Source: Yuukianura sp. NJ FZ-2021 (lineage: Eukaryota). Taken from it: a stretch of 64,000 nt of DNA. Both the position numbers and the translations under genes were made by a program. Below the pieces are notes generated by a model that did not search any database, was not told where the DNA came from, and worked only from the letters and a program-made list of their open reading frames with translations. The stretch lies in NCBI GenBank assembly GCA_046563655.1, contig CM102284.1, positions 1,612,001 through 1,676,000 on the forward strand, in the 5' to 3' direction. This document shows, one piece after another, positions 1-11,251 of this stretch. The number at the start of each line of letters is the position of its first letter. Position 1 is the first letter of the stretch.

Positions 1-1
1 A

Positions 2-1780
2 ATTGTACTTTCATCAAATTTGGCACAACTTTCCGCCATCCAAAATAATTACTGGCATGTACCACTATTCTCTATTTACTTCAAACCTGATTCAGCAGTT
101 CCATTGTCTATACGTACCGAACTTGCCTTTCCATGCAATCGTGCACTTCGAATGAACGTACATAATATGCGCAGCTTGCAACAGAAAGGACTGCGTATCG
201 TTCTTGACCAACTTTTTCAAAAACTAGTTTTTAGTGCCTGTCATGTTGAATGGATTTTAAACTCGCCTACTGACAGGCTACCAAAATTTCAAAAAAATTT
301 GTTTTGGGGATTGCGTATAATAGAGAAACCAATGGATTCGTACATTCAAATTGTGAGAGACCTGATTGCAATTTTTAACATGTCCAGAGTTGGTCAAAGT
401 ATTGAAAATGACAATTTTGAAACGGATTTCAACAGTGAACTTTTTTCTAATCAAATAACTTCCGAAAAATGTCAAACACAGTTCAGTAGTGTTGTTAGGG
501 GTAAGCATCCGCATCCGCCGGCTTCATCCAAAAACCTAGATTTACATATGGTTTGGATTAATACTGACGTTACGCCATCACTACAATCTAGAAAAGGTTA
601 CAATCGTAACTACGAACAACTGGACACGTACTCGTACATTACAAACACAATTTCCTTCAACTTTATAACCTGTGCTGAATACAAGAAATTCATATCATTT
701 GACGCCCTTTTGGAGCCGTACGAAACTGATGTCTGGTGTACAGCAGTTGCTTCATGTTGCATATTTATTGTTGCATTCTATGTGTATTCAAGGATGACAA
801 ATTCAAAAAACTCCTCACTATTTACCGTTGTTAAAATTGTGTTGGAGCAGGGTGCAAATGTTGGGCAGTATACTGGGTATTACAAGTCTTATTACGCCGT
901 AGTCACTTTATGTATACTTGGAATGCTAACGTTGATAAATGCATACAAAGGAGTGCTAACTGCACGCGTAACTTCACCGCGATTTACTCGCCAACTTGAA
1001 ACGATACAGGAAGCTGTACAAGGAGGCCTGCAACTTTTAGTTGAGACTAAACCCATCCGAATCAACAGCAATGAAGGATATCTCAGAAAAATGATAAGCG
1101 TGGACATGCCAATCAAAGCAAGGATTGCTGCAGTAACACTTTTTAAATTAGAAAGTAGTCGCTTTTATAACCTACTGAACGAGAGGTTAGGATTCCAAAG
1201 TAACAACAAGAACAAAGAGGAGAAGAAAATGCTAAATCATATACTTGAAAACACTGATTTGAATTCCAGTCTAAACTACAATACAACTGAAAAGCTGTTT
1301 GAGTGTAACAAAACAATTTGGGTGGCTGACCAAGAGTTGTTGGCTGAGTTCCGTCAAAGAACTGCAGTGGTGGAGTTTTTAAAAAATAATACACACATTG
1401 CTGAGAAGTTGTACATGGGTAAAGATAAATTTATGGAGCACTACGTTGTATGGACTGTTGGTCCCAATAAGTGGGACCGTGCAAATAAGGTTCATTTTCG
1501 AATGCAACGAATTTTGCAATCTGGCATTAAAACTCACTTGGAACAAATGGAAACTTTCAAAAATTTAACGCGCGTTTTGCGTCAACAAGCGCTGAGGAGT
1601 ACACTTACTAGATTGTCAATGCAACTTAACCTCACAGCGGTAACATTCATTTTGTTGGCTTGCCTTCTCGCCGTATGTAGTTTGGTGCTGATGGGAGAAT
1701 TGGTGCAAAATTTTTGTGCTAAATATTTTCAAACCTTGGAAATGAATTGCTACTGTTACTGGTTAAGAACTAAGGTATAA
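2..1780 (+). CDS. Divergent ionotropic receptor (IR / iGluR-related chemoreceptor), intronless, 5'-truncated by window edge
   Basis: Frame open from base 2. SFNFITC...FDALLEPYETDVW precedes M1; a pore-like LEQG segment follows; M2 LINAYKGVLTARVTSP, S2 lobe LETIQEAV, MQRILQSGI, and a C-terminal TM ending LMGE. Confidence 0.8.
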   Translation: MVLSSNLAQLSAIQNNYWHVPLFSIYFKPDSAVPLSIRTELAFPCNRALRMNVHNMRSLQQKGLRIVLDQLFQKLVFSACHVEWILNSPTDRLPKFQKNLFWGLRIIEKPMDSYIQIVRDLIAIFNMSRVGQSIENDNFETDFNSELFSNQITSEKCQTQFSSVVRGKHPHPPASSKNLDLHMVWINTDVTPSLQSRKGYNRNYEQLDTYSYITNTISFNFITCAEYKKFISFDALLEPYETDVWCTAVASCCIFIVAFYVYSRMTNSKNSSLFTVVKIVLEQGANVGQYTGYYKSYYAVVTLCILGMLTLINAYKGVLTARVTSPRFTRQLETIQEAVQGGLQLLVETKPIRINSNEGYLRKMISVDMPIKARIAAVTLFKLESSRFYNLLNERLGFQSNNKNKEEKKMLNHILENTDLNSSLNYNTTEKLFECNKTIWVADQELLAEFRQRTAVVEFLKNNTHIAEKLYMGKDKFMEHYVVWTVGPNKWDRANKVHFRMQRILQSGIKTHLEQMETFKNLTRVLRQQALRSTLTRLSMQLNLTAVTFILLACLLAVCSLVLMGELVQNFCAKYFQTLEMNCYCYWLRTKV

Positions 1781-1925
1781 ACATCGAGCTGAATAATTTT
1801 AGTACAATTCATGTTTGAACACTCAAGAGGTATTGCTGCACATTGTGTTAATTAGTTTAAACTGATCCTAGTACAACAAAATCAGTCTTTGTGGTAAAGA
1901 AAATGTTTGAGTTGATAATCATTAA

Positions 1926-4229
1926 TTAATCCTTGTGTGTGTCATTCAATATGAAGATTGTCTTTAGCGTTAGGAGTTCTTGTTCAATCTGGAATCAAAA
2001 TAAGGTAAAAAAAAATAAAAACTTTCCAAATTGAAATTCGGCACAAACATTTTCTTATATTTTACATTAACAAAAATCTAAGCTAAGTTTGTGTTTACCT
2101 GCATCAGTTTTTCCAACGCAGATTTTACTGGTCCTAGCCACCTCAACTGTTCCGCTCGAAAATCTTCATTTTTTTGCAAAAGTTGTCCAAAGTCTTCAAT
2201 TTGTAAATCTCTGCAGAAAAAAAAGTAAAATGTTAGCAACTGCAACTTTGCTGTAAAGAAAATTTGATGACTTTACTTGCTATAAGGTGAAAATTTTGGC
2301 CCAAAATTTGCAATATCTGATTTGTCCAACGCAGTTTCAAGCTCCTGCACTTTGAGAAACAGGAAAATATTAAAACTGAGCAGTAAAACTGTCAATGTAC
2401 AAAGCAAAATTTTGAGCGGGAGATCCGATCTCCATTGAACCAAATTTGCAGAAGTCACGTTGAAAATATTCAGACCGCTTGACTTTGAATGCTGGCCTAC
2501 AATATTTTAAGTTTAGTAAATTAAATTTAGCTAAATTATGAAGTCTTTTAGAATATTTTCTGTTTCGTTTACATTCTGTCCTTTGTGCGGGAACGGCAGG
2601 AGCAGGTCGTTTTTTTCGAAGTGGGCGCCGATGCTGTTGACTTATTTCTGAAATTGGTGCCTCTACTTCAACAGAATTTGCAGCAACTGGCTTTGGAAAC
2701 ATCGCTTCAGTGCTGAATTCACGTTTCAGCTCAGCATGTAACTGGGTGTAGTAAATTTCAAGTCCTCCCCACATTCCCCGTTCAATAAAAGCTGCAATAA
2801 CGAAAAGTTAGTCAATGTAGAAAAATTGTTTTTAAAGTAGCAGGTAATTATTCAAATTCTAAATATTTCGTTCAAACTGGGCATATAAAACATAATAATT
2901 ATAAGAAATAATAATAAGAAATAATAATTAAAAACATATTTGCTTACATTTCAATGGAGTCCATTTTCTAAAAAATAAATTTGCGACTGCCGTAATGTGA
3001 GATTCCTTTGGAGCGACGCGAGTCAAACAGAAGTGAACCGTCAAATAGAAGGAATCGGCATTTGGAACTTCAGAGTTGTTTGACTCCATGTCAATAGCAT
3101 ACAAGTATCCAGGTTTACTAACCGGTAGAAGAACCTATAAAATTGTATATTATATAAATAATATATATAATATAGATAAATATAAATAACAATATTTAAG
3201 AAATTTGACTAAACACAACATTTTCCTAAAAAACATTATGAGATTTACCTGTTTCTCTGAAACTTTGCAATATTTTGGTCCAATTTTGACTGGCACTTTT
3301 GCATAATAAGTGTTTCGTCGAACAGTTTCAGCGCCCTCTTCCGTCCATTCACCCATCACTGCATCTACAATAAAATTGCGGGTGTAAAATTAAAAAAAAG
3401 TAACAAAAAAAGGGAATGGAAAGTATTGAATTTATTTTTTTGCATAGTACTTATCGTTTCTCTCTTGTCCTGAAGATCTTGGATAAACTTTGAATTTGAA
3501 AACAGAACGTTGAACAGAGTGAAAACGTCTGTTTGAACATTACAATCTAAAACAGTCCTTCCCACGCTGTGATCCACCGTACAAGTTGGAATTTTGCAGT
3601 CTTCGTCTCGGGAAGACTCCGAATCCGACGATTCAGACGAAACTACTTTATTATTCATAGCTCTACCCAAATTATCTTCGTGCGCCTGTGCAGTGCCATT
3701 CCGTTTTGGGTCAGAATGCGCATGCTCCTGTTCACTCAATTTGTGTGGCGCATTGAGTTCAACCTATAATAGATAGCGTGACAAAATTAATATATTATCA
3801 ATTTCTGGATAACCTTCAGCTCTGTTAGACTCAGGTTAGATTTAGTCAAAAAATTTGAAAAAGAGTCTAATTTTAAAATAGATTGGTACTAACCATTTCA
3901 TAATTCTCGGATTTGCTTCTGTTTATTCCTTTGACTTCGTTCCCAACGGAGAACAATTTTGAAGCATCGATTTCACTCTTCCCGCCACGCGTGTATTGCG
4001 TTGGCTCCGACACAGCTTTGGTCAAGTTTCTTCTACGTAGAATCACACTTGTAGGGCGTGTGAATACTGTGCACAATTCAAAAATTATTGTTATAACCTT
4101 CCTGTATACTTTGTTTTCATTAATTGAATTATAATTAATTGATGAATACTGCTGTATCCCACCTTCTATTTGTGAATCGCTGTTGTCTTCTTCATTGATT
4201 GGAAATACTTGCTCCCGACTGCTCCTCAT
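1926..4229 (-). CDS. VASt (StART-like) domain sterol-transfer protein, GRAMD1/Aster-like, multi-exon with C-terminal TM and coiled coil
   Basis: Spliced exons give VFTLFNVLFSNSKF..GEW..IGPKYCKVSEKQ..YAIDMESNNSEVPNADSFYLTVHFCLTR..FIERGMWGGLEIYY (VASt), then TM LPLKILLCTLTVLLLSFNIFLFLKV. Last exon ends HKD-TAA at 1926. A further upstream exon near 4575-4650 is possible. Confidence 0.75.
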
Positions 4230-5127
4230 TGGATCGTAATTTTGAAACTAAAGATATATTTTTTGAAAGTAAATTCAATATTTTGAGAACTGTTATAAGT
4301 TTGACAGTTTTCTAGGGAAAGAAAATTTTTAAATTGTGCAGTGTAGTTTTAAGTGCAAAAAAAATGACAATCCTCATTATCGTCCAATGTCAAATTTTAT
4401 CACATCCTTTGCAATTTTGATAAACTAAAATTCAATAGCTTATTTGCAAGTCTGCTGAATGTCAAATGTTTTTAGCCTTTTTCCAAACTTTTGCGGAAAA
4501 TCAGTAATCAGTAAGATCAGGGTGCAAAACCCACAAAAACAAAAATTACACGGAAGAATGATAAATTAAAAACTCACCCAATCTGAATTATACATGCTTT
4601 GGCCATAAACTTTAGCACAGTCATCCTGACTAACGTATATGAACTCCCTAAATGCAAGTTCTTCTACTGTAATTAAGAAAGTTTTAATTATGAAACTCAA
4701 AATTTTAATACTTTTTGCATTAAAGTCTGAAAAACAAAATTTCTTTGTAACCGTACACGTTTGCAATATACAGCGCAGTCGGAGTAAGCGCACATAAGCA
4801 CTGACCAGTATGAAATTGTGTTTTGAAGCTAAACTGCGCAGATGTGGACTTGTTTTGATCAATTTAGATACAAAATTGTTTATTTCAAGTTCATTTAACT
4901 TTTAAGTTCTGTCGTTTTTTGTTTTGCTATAAAACTTAAAACGAAACTTACACCGCTAAAATCTAATGTTGATAATTTTAAATAATAGAAACTCGGAATA
5001 TAAAATGTGCATGCTAACCCAACATAGCCTAACTACGTTAATTATAATTACTAATCAATAAATAAACTCTACTAATGTTATTATGCCGTGCATAAATCTT
5101 TTTTCTTCTTGAGGTTCATTATTATTA

Positions 5128-5425
5128 TTAAATAGAGACAAAGTTTGGCAAAATGTGGAAATTTTCCAGAGTTTTTGAATTTCCGTGCTGCCTTCCTAAG
5201 TAGTAGTTCGGAATGGTAAAAAAGTAGAGAGCTGCATTGTAAGCCAGAAGTAGTGCACCAAGTGACACCAAGAAGAAAACTTCACGGTAAATCAACCAGT
5301 GTCCAAACGGAAGGTATGCACTAAACAGCAAAAAATATTCAAACAAAAGTTCAACACAAAACTTTTAAGAAAAACTTGATTTTTTTTAAACTAATGACTC
5401 ACTCAAGCCGAATATTAGGATCCAT
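5128..5425 (-). CDS. Possible small two-exon single-TM protein (~72 aa), or degenerate upstream exon(s) of the VASt gene
   Basis: ATG at 5425 (MDPNIRL) with a GTGAGT donor splices in frame to AYLPFGHWLIYREVFFLVSLGALLLAYNAALYFF...; no family recognised. Confidence 0.3.
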
Positions 5426-5860
5426 GTCTGTTGGAATTTCAGAAACTACGTTAGTTGGTATACAACTGAATACCAGTAACGCAAAACACGTCACTAACAA
5501 AAATTTCGCTTCCATCCGAAATTTCATTTTTCAAAACTTCCAAACTCTCCTCTGATTTTCTGTTCTAAACTAAACTTTTCGCAGACAAAAAGAAATCCCG
5601 TTCGGCAGGAAAGGAAATTTAACGGTGGATGGAGCCTCCGCGTCCAAAATAACTTCTTTTTTTTTAAATCCGCCCAAAAAGTATATAAACTATTATTCTA
5701 TTATTTAATAAATAAAATGGTGACAAAATGCCAAAAAAAATTCTAGAGTTCAATCAGGTACAAACAAAATTAGTCTCCAGGACTTTTAACAAATTGCTTT
5801 TGAATTAAGATTTATTTCTTAAAAATTCATAATTTTTAAAAACCAATTGTTTAAAAATTT

Positions 5861-6358
5861 TCAAAGCTTGAGTTCGTAAGTGTACCAATCCATTATAGGT
5901 CCAAACTCTCGTATTCCCACTTCCGTTTTGATACGTTCAAATCCCAGGTTTTCATAAATTTTTTGTCCATCAGTTTGAACAGACGTAGTAGTTAAAATTA
6001 TTTTTGTGTAACCTTGATTCCGGGCAAATTCAATTACAGTTTGAACCAACTTCTTGCCAATTCCTCTACAACGTCCTTCTGAAGTGACGAGCAACAGTCG
6101 GAGTCGCGCAGTAGTGTCGTTTACGCGAGTGCAAAAGACGCAACCAACTCGAACTCCATGTACTTCTGCTATCCACACGCCGTAACCATGACAATTCCGG
6201 TTTGGAATGAATTCGGCCAAAACCCGGGCTGTAAAGGCCTCCAACTTTGTCAAATCCCAGGCAAATTCATGGATGAAGACTTCACCGTGTTTGAGCAATA
6301 TCCAACCCATGTCGCCCGGTTTTTCCCCACGTCGTATTCTCAATCCAGAAGTTTCCAT
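5861..6358 (-). CDS. GNAT N-acetyltransferase resembling the GNAT domain of bacterial MarR-GNAT proteins
   Basis: Intronless, 165 aa: PGDMGWILLKHGEVF..E..WD, WIAEVHGVRVGCVF, ARLRLLLV, acetyl-CoA motif RCRGIGKKL, FARNQGY, IYENLGF. Confidence 0.9.
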   Translation of the reverse strand: METSGLRIRRGEKPGDMGWILLKHGEVFIHEFAWDLTKLEAFTARVLAEFIPNRNCHGYGVWIAEVHGVRVGCVFCTRVNDTTARLRLLLVTSEGRCRGIGKKLVQTVIEFARNQGYTKIILTTTSVQTDGQKIYENLGFERIKTEVGIREFGPIMDWYTYELKL

Positions 6359-6786
6359 GACTCTTGAAAATGAAAAAAAAAATTTCTAAAATAGGTTGTG
6401 TCGCGAGTTACAAAAATCAAGCTGTTTCTTAGAACAAACTCAAAGATTAATTGAAGACGGATCATGATTCGGCTCAACCTTGTAGGAATTACAAAATCAT
6501 CCACAGCATGTGTGATTCCTAAAAATATGTAATACGAACCAGGCAAAAAATAACGCAAATCCTAGAAGTTGGGGAAAACACGTCACTTCAAGACAGATTA
6601 ATTTAATTTATTCAACACAAGCTTCAACATATTAAAATCAAACTTCTGCTAATCTAACCCACGGAATATTTTATTCAAGACTTTACTAGCAGTTTTTGCT
6701 GTAGCAGTTTTTAGCACGTTTTGAAATGAATTTAGTTTGCATCATAAATCACATTTTTAGACGTCTTGTTAGGGATTTTACTACTA

Positions 6787-6993
6787 CAGTGGATTCTCTA
6801 AATAAGGGACAGGAGCTCCTCCTCTTTCTCACTTTCACTCGAAGTCGCGGTACCGTAAAGTTTTAATTTTGGAGGGAACGTATGTTTCAGTTTATCGGCT
6901 TATTTTTTACGATTGTTTTTTTTGGTTAATTTTTTTTTTGGTGCGAAACAAAAGTAATTAGATAATTAAATGGAATTAACTAATATTAATATA

Positions 6994-7033
<40 letters not shown>

Positions 7034-7390
7034 GCGCACAAACTGCGCAACAGCGCACAACCTGCGCAACAGCGCACAACCTGCACTGTATATAATATAT
7101 TATTTTATATAACCTGTTTAATAAGGGTGACATTCACAACGTAATTTGCATATAATATACCATATAATATTGATTAGTATATAGATATCACATATAATTA
7201 GCATTAATATATGAATATTATGTATATTAATATTAATTATATACTCTGAACTTCGAAACAGGAAATTTTCATTAGAATGGTGTTCCTAGCCTTAAATTCC
7301 ATATAACTGACCGTTTACCAGAAATCTTACGGTACTGGGGGAGGCGCCTACTACCAATCCTCCAATCGTGATTTTTTCCCTTATCCACTG
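6787..7390. mobile_element. Putative non-autonomous Tc1/mariner-like element remnant
   Basis: TA|CAGTGGAT at 6785-6794 and ATCCACTG|TA at 7383-7392; both ends also carry ATAAGGGA. The interior holds (TA)n and GCGCACAAC repeats. Confidence 0.4.
6989..7090. repeat. (TA)n microsatellite followed by short GCGCA(C)AAC tandem repeat
   Basis: Seen directly in the sequence. Confidence 0.9.
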
Positions 7391-8313
7391 TAATACACTC
7401 AAACCTTTCCACCAAAATTTCTAGCATATCGAAGTTTAAATTCCTTCATTTCCAGGTCCATGAGCGACTCGTAGACTTTAGTATTGATCCGTGTTAATTT
7501 CAAGTCAAAAATTAAAAATATGTAAAATGAGTATTGACGAAGAACGTTTTGATTTCCGGGTACATGTAGATGCGACGGATTCACTTCAACCAGAGACCTT
7601 TCTAGTGGTGGCTCATTAAAAACCAAATGAACAACTGCACAAGGAAAAAAAATTCACCTACAACTGCTGTTGTTCTAAATATTAACTAATGCCCCTGTAC
7701 ATAGCCGTGAGTATCGTTACTTACTTTCGACAGCAACAGAGTCACAGTCAACTCAACATAAAGCAGCAGCATAGCAGTAGTAGAGAGATTAATGCAAATA
7801 CAAGTTGAGCAATAGTGTATTATTTTATTTACAATAATATTTGATTTAACCCCACCTTTTTTCGTGCGTTTTTCCGAAATGTCGCCGCTCAAGCGTTGCC
7901 ACCCATTGTAGCTACTCACGATGGCTGCCAGCGGCTACACTGAGGGGCTAGAATGAAGGTCCTTATAGCTTACCTCAACCGAGTTTCTAACCTTATAAAG
8001 CAAACATCTGATGCATCCAAAATCCGAGATTTAGGGTAGCCCGCATGCGATGCCCGATCCTGCTGGATTGGAAGCTCGCACGCCTGCCTTGCCTGGGACA
8101 GGGACAGTGAAAGTGTCGAACTATGGATGAAACGGAGTGGAATTTTGGTCTGATTAGATTAATGATGCGATGAGTCACAGTCACTCATCATTAACTTCAC
8201 TTAAAATAATTACAGTTCCAATCTGCCTGGTCTGAAAAGACAAAGGAAAGTTTGGAAGCTGCTGGTCCTGTGGTTAGGATTCTTCATTGTCTTTGCATCC
8301 GAAAGACAAAAAA

Positions 8314-10311
8314 ATGGATCAAACTCCTCCAACGTTTGTTTACTTGGACAATTCCAACATATTTGTCAGTTCGCAGTCATACTCCAGCAAAATCAACAAC
8401 TACAGAGATGGGGTGATGGACATCCAATGTCGTATAAACACCAGCATACTACTTGACATCGTTTTGGACGGAAGGAACCCCATGCTGAAGAAGGCTTATG
8501 GGAATATGCCGAAAGAGGTGGGTCAATGGGTGCACATTTTGAATTGTTATGGTATTTTTTAAATATATTTTGGTTTTCGCTTATTGTTAGTTATTTTGGT
8601 TGGAGAGTAGATCCTGATCCGCAGTCTGTTTTTCTTTTAGTTCTTTTAGTTAGGTTATCAAATCAGGACACAGTGCACGGTGTTGAAGTTCAACACCGTG
8701 CACTGTGTCCTGATTTGATAACCTAACTCGCACTAAAAGAAAAACAGACTGCGGATCTACTCTCCAACCGTTATTTTTAGGTTTCCATGCATAATTTTCG
8801 TTTTTTCATCGACAGGTGAAACATGAGTTGGACAAGGCCGGATTCAAAGTGTTCCTATCAGATTCCGTAATAGGAGAAAAAGAAATCGACACCAAATTAA
8901 CAGCTGATGCTGTGGAAGATATTCTTATTCATCACTTTCGATCAAAGGATTTGAAAGGTCACAATGGGACTCTTATTCTTCTTAGTGGAGACAGGGATAT
9001 GCTACCGCTCATTCACTTGGCTAGAAAATACGAATGGGACGTGGAAGTATGGGCTTACGAAAACTCACTTACAGGAGCGTTCCAGATTGAGACAGAACGC
9101 AAGGAATACGGCAGCTTGATGGAGATCAAACCACTTGAAAAGCATTTCAAGGAATTTGTTTTCTATGATGAGAGGGTTCCTGATCTTGAGAAGAATAAGG
9201 AGCGGACTATCCTTGTTAGGTATTTTCATTTGATTTATACTGTTTGAAGTTTTCGATATGGGGAAAATGCTTTACGTTATAGATTTCGGGACAAAGGAGC
9301 CACGCTGAAAAAATTATCGCCAGATTCTAAAAGCAACGTGACACAGCTAGTATTAGAAATAGCAAAAGCCAAATTTCGTTTGCCAGTCGTTGGAAAAATT
9401 TTGGAACTGGATAACGGAAATGAACAAGCAGTTGCAATCGTTCTCGTTGTGGACGACCGGAAACAAAAGAAACCAGTCTATAATTTTCAAACAGATGTGG
9501 TTGACAAGTTTCCGGAATTTGAACGAGACTTAAGCAACCAACTTAGGAACAAGTTTATAAAGACAAGCGTTCACGTTTTGAATTTGGATCGTTCCGTGGG
9601 AAATACGGAGATTACGCAAATATTTCAAAGTTTTGGAGCCATTGTTGCATGTCATCTGGACCGTGATGACCAAGGAATGTCTAAGGGCGCAGCAATTGTT
9701 TGCTTTCAAAATGAATCATCAGCGATTAAAGCCATCAATACACTAAATGGGACCAAGTCACTAAACAATCAATTCCTGAGTGTCCGTCCGTACACTCCAG
9801 GTAATTCAAATTGATTTATAATTAATTGCTAAGACACTTTTTTTATAATGTAATAAGTTCCATTTCTGATTGTAAAATAGGTTCCTTTTCTGTTTCAGAA
9901 TCTGGAATTGACGCAGTATCAGTAACAATTTTCAGCGATATGACTCCACCAGCAAGAAATCACGGACGAGATGGTGGCAATACAGGGAATGCTGCTGGTG
10001 CTGCTACAGGAAATCGACATAACAGTACTAATAGTAGTAGCGGCGAGGCAAAAACTTATGGACAAAGTTCCAGCGGCGGTAGCGGAAATACTGCTCCTCC
10101 AAGAAATAGACAGAATAGTGCTAACACTGGCAATGGAGGCGCTAAACCAAAGGGCAACATTCCAGCACATCTTCATAAAGCATATCGTACCAAGTATTGC
10201 ACTTACGAACATTGTGACAAAGGGAAATGCGTAAGAGCTCATTCAGATGAAGAAATACGATGTTACCACTGCGGAGAGAACCACTTTTCTGAAGTTTGCA
10301 GCAAAAAGTGA
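8314..10311 (+). CDS. NYN (LabA/DUF88-type PIN) ribonuclease - RRM - G/N-rich linker - CCCH finger - CCHC knuckle protein, 4 exons, ~515 aa
   Basis: Exons 8314-8517, 8816-9219, 9283-9800 and 9881(or 9899)-10311 splice in frame at GT-AG. NYN motifs FVYLDNSN, EKEIDT, LLSGDRDM, WDVEVWAY; RRM VHVLNL..SKGAAIVCF; YRTKYC-x4-C-x4-C-x3-H and C-x2-C-x3-H-x4-C. Confidence 0.85.
8598..8769. mobile_element. Palindromic MITE in intron 1 of the NYN gene, 8-bp TSD
   Basis: Near-perfect 172-bp palindrome GGTTGGAGAGTAGATC...GATCTACTCTCCAACC centred on GTTGAAGTTCAAC, flanked by GTTATTTT at 8590-8597 and 8770-8777. Confidence 0.9.
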
Positions 10312-10450
10312 GTTATAAAGGGTCAAAGTGCTAAAAGAAAAACAGTGATTTATGTACATGGTATAAAACCAATCATTGTGGTTAGGCGATGCATAAGAAT
10401 TTTTGAAAGCGATTTTATCATGGCATGTATTTTTCTTAAGTTCGGCAAAA

Positions 10451-11011
10451 CGTAGCACGCCATTAGATCAAAAAAATTAGGTAAGCAGAATTGACGTCAG
10501 CAGAAAATAGGTAAGTTGAAATTAGGTAAGCAATGCATTTAGGTAAGCAATAGATTTAGGTAAGCAGAAAAGTGGTAAGTAGAAAGTAGGTAAGCGGCAT
10601 AATTAGGTAAGCAGGATTTACATAAGTCACGAAGGCAAAATGTTTGGTTAGGGTTTGCTCGTTACGTAAGGTTAACTTTATAGTTTCCCGCGCCGGAGGC
10701 GCGGTGTTAGGTTTTCAAAAGTTTGAGATACTGATTCCGTCTCGAGGGCCCTCGTTAAGGTTTGATTATGTTATCTAACGACCAAAATTTGAGCACTAAA
10801 TAAATAATAACTTTTTTCAAAATTTCACCTTCGTGACTTTTGCAAATCCTGCTTACCTAATTATGCCGCTTACCAACTTTCCACTTACCTCTTTTCTGCT
10901 TACCTAAATCTATTGCTTACCTAAATGCATTGCTTACCTAATTTCAACTTACCTATTTTCTGCTGACGTCAATTCTGCTTACCTAATTTTTTGATCTAAT
11001 GGCATGGAACC
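10451..11011 (-). mobile_element. Foldback / Mutator-like non-autonomous element A with AGGTAAGC repeat arms
   Basis: ~175-bp inverted arms each with 8 GGTAAG-type units; TSD CGGCAAAA at 10443-10450 and 11012-11019; ends CGTAGCA.../...TGGAACC; central hairpin CCCGCGCCGGAGGCGCGG-TGTTAGGTT. Confidence 0.9.
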
Positions 11012-11251
11012 CGGCAAAAATCTTATTTGAAAAAATTATAAATCACAAAAAAAAAACAAAAATGAAAAATTTAAAACATATTAATAGAAACTTATAAAAC
11101 AAATAATATAAAAATTAATAAATAATACCCACAGAAACTATTTTTTTTTAATTTCCAATTTATTTAAGTACCATATAGCTTGCGTTTACGCTAAGGTAAT
11201 TTTAGGCTATGCCAGTTATATTGCATCTAGAAAGCATTCGTGCTATCATCT

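Noticed and set aside
7686-8190. GC-richer stretch with short ORFs and repeated GAGTCACAGTCA upstream of the NYN gene
   Set aside because: No TIR, TSD, LTR boundary or protein motif could be established.
10451-10640. Regularly spaced AGGTAAGC repeats as a CRISPR-like array
   Set aside because: Repeats are 6-8 bp, mirrored in an inverted arm and bounded by a TSD; the context is eukaryotic with no cas genes.
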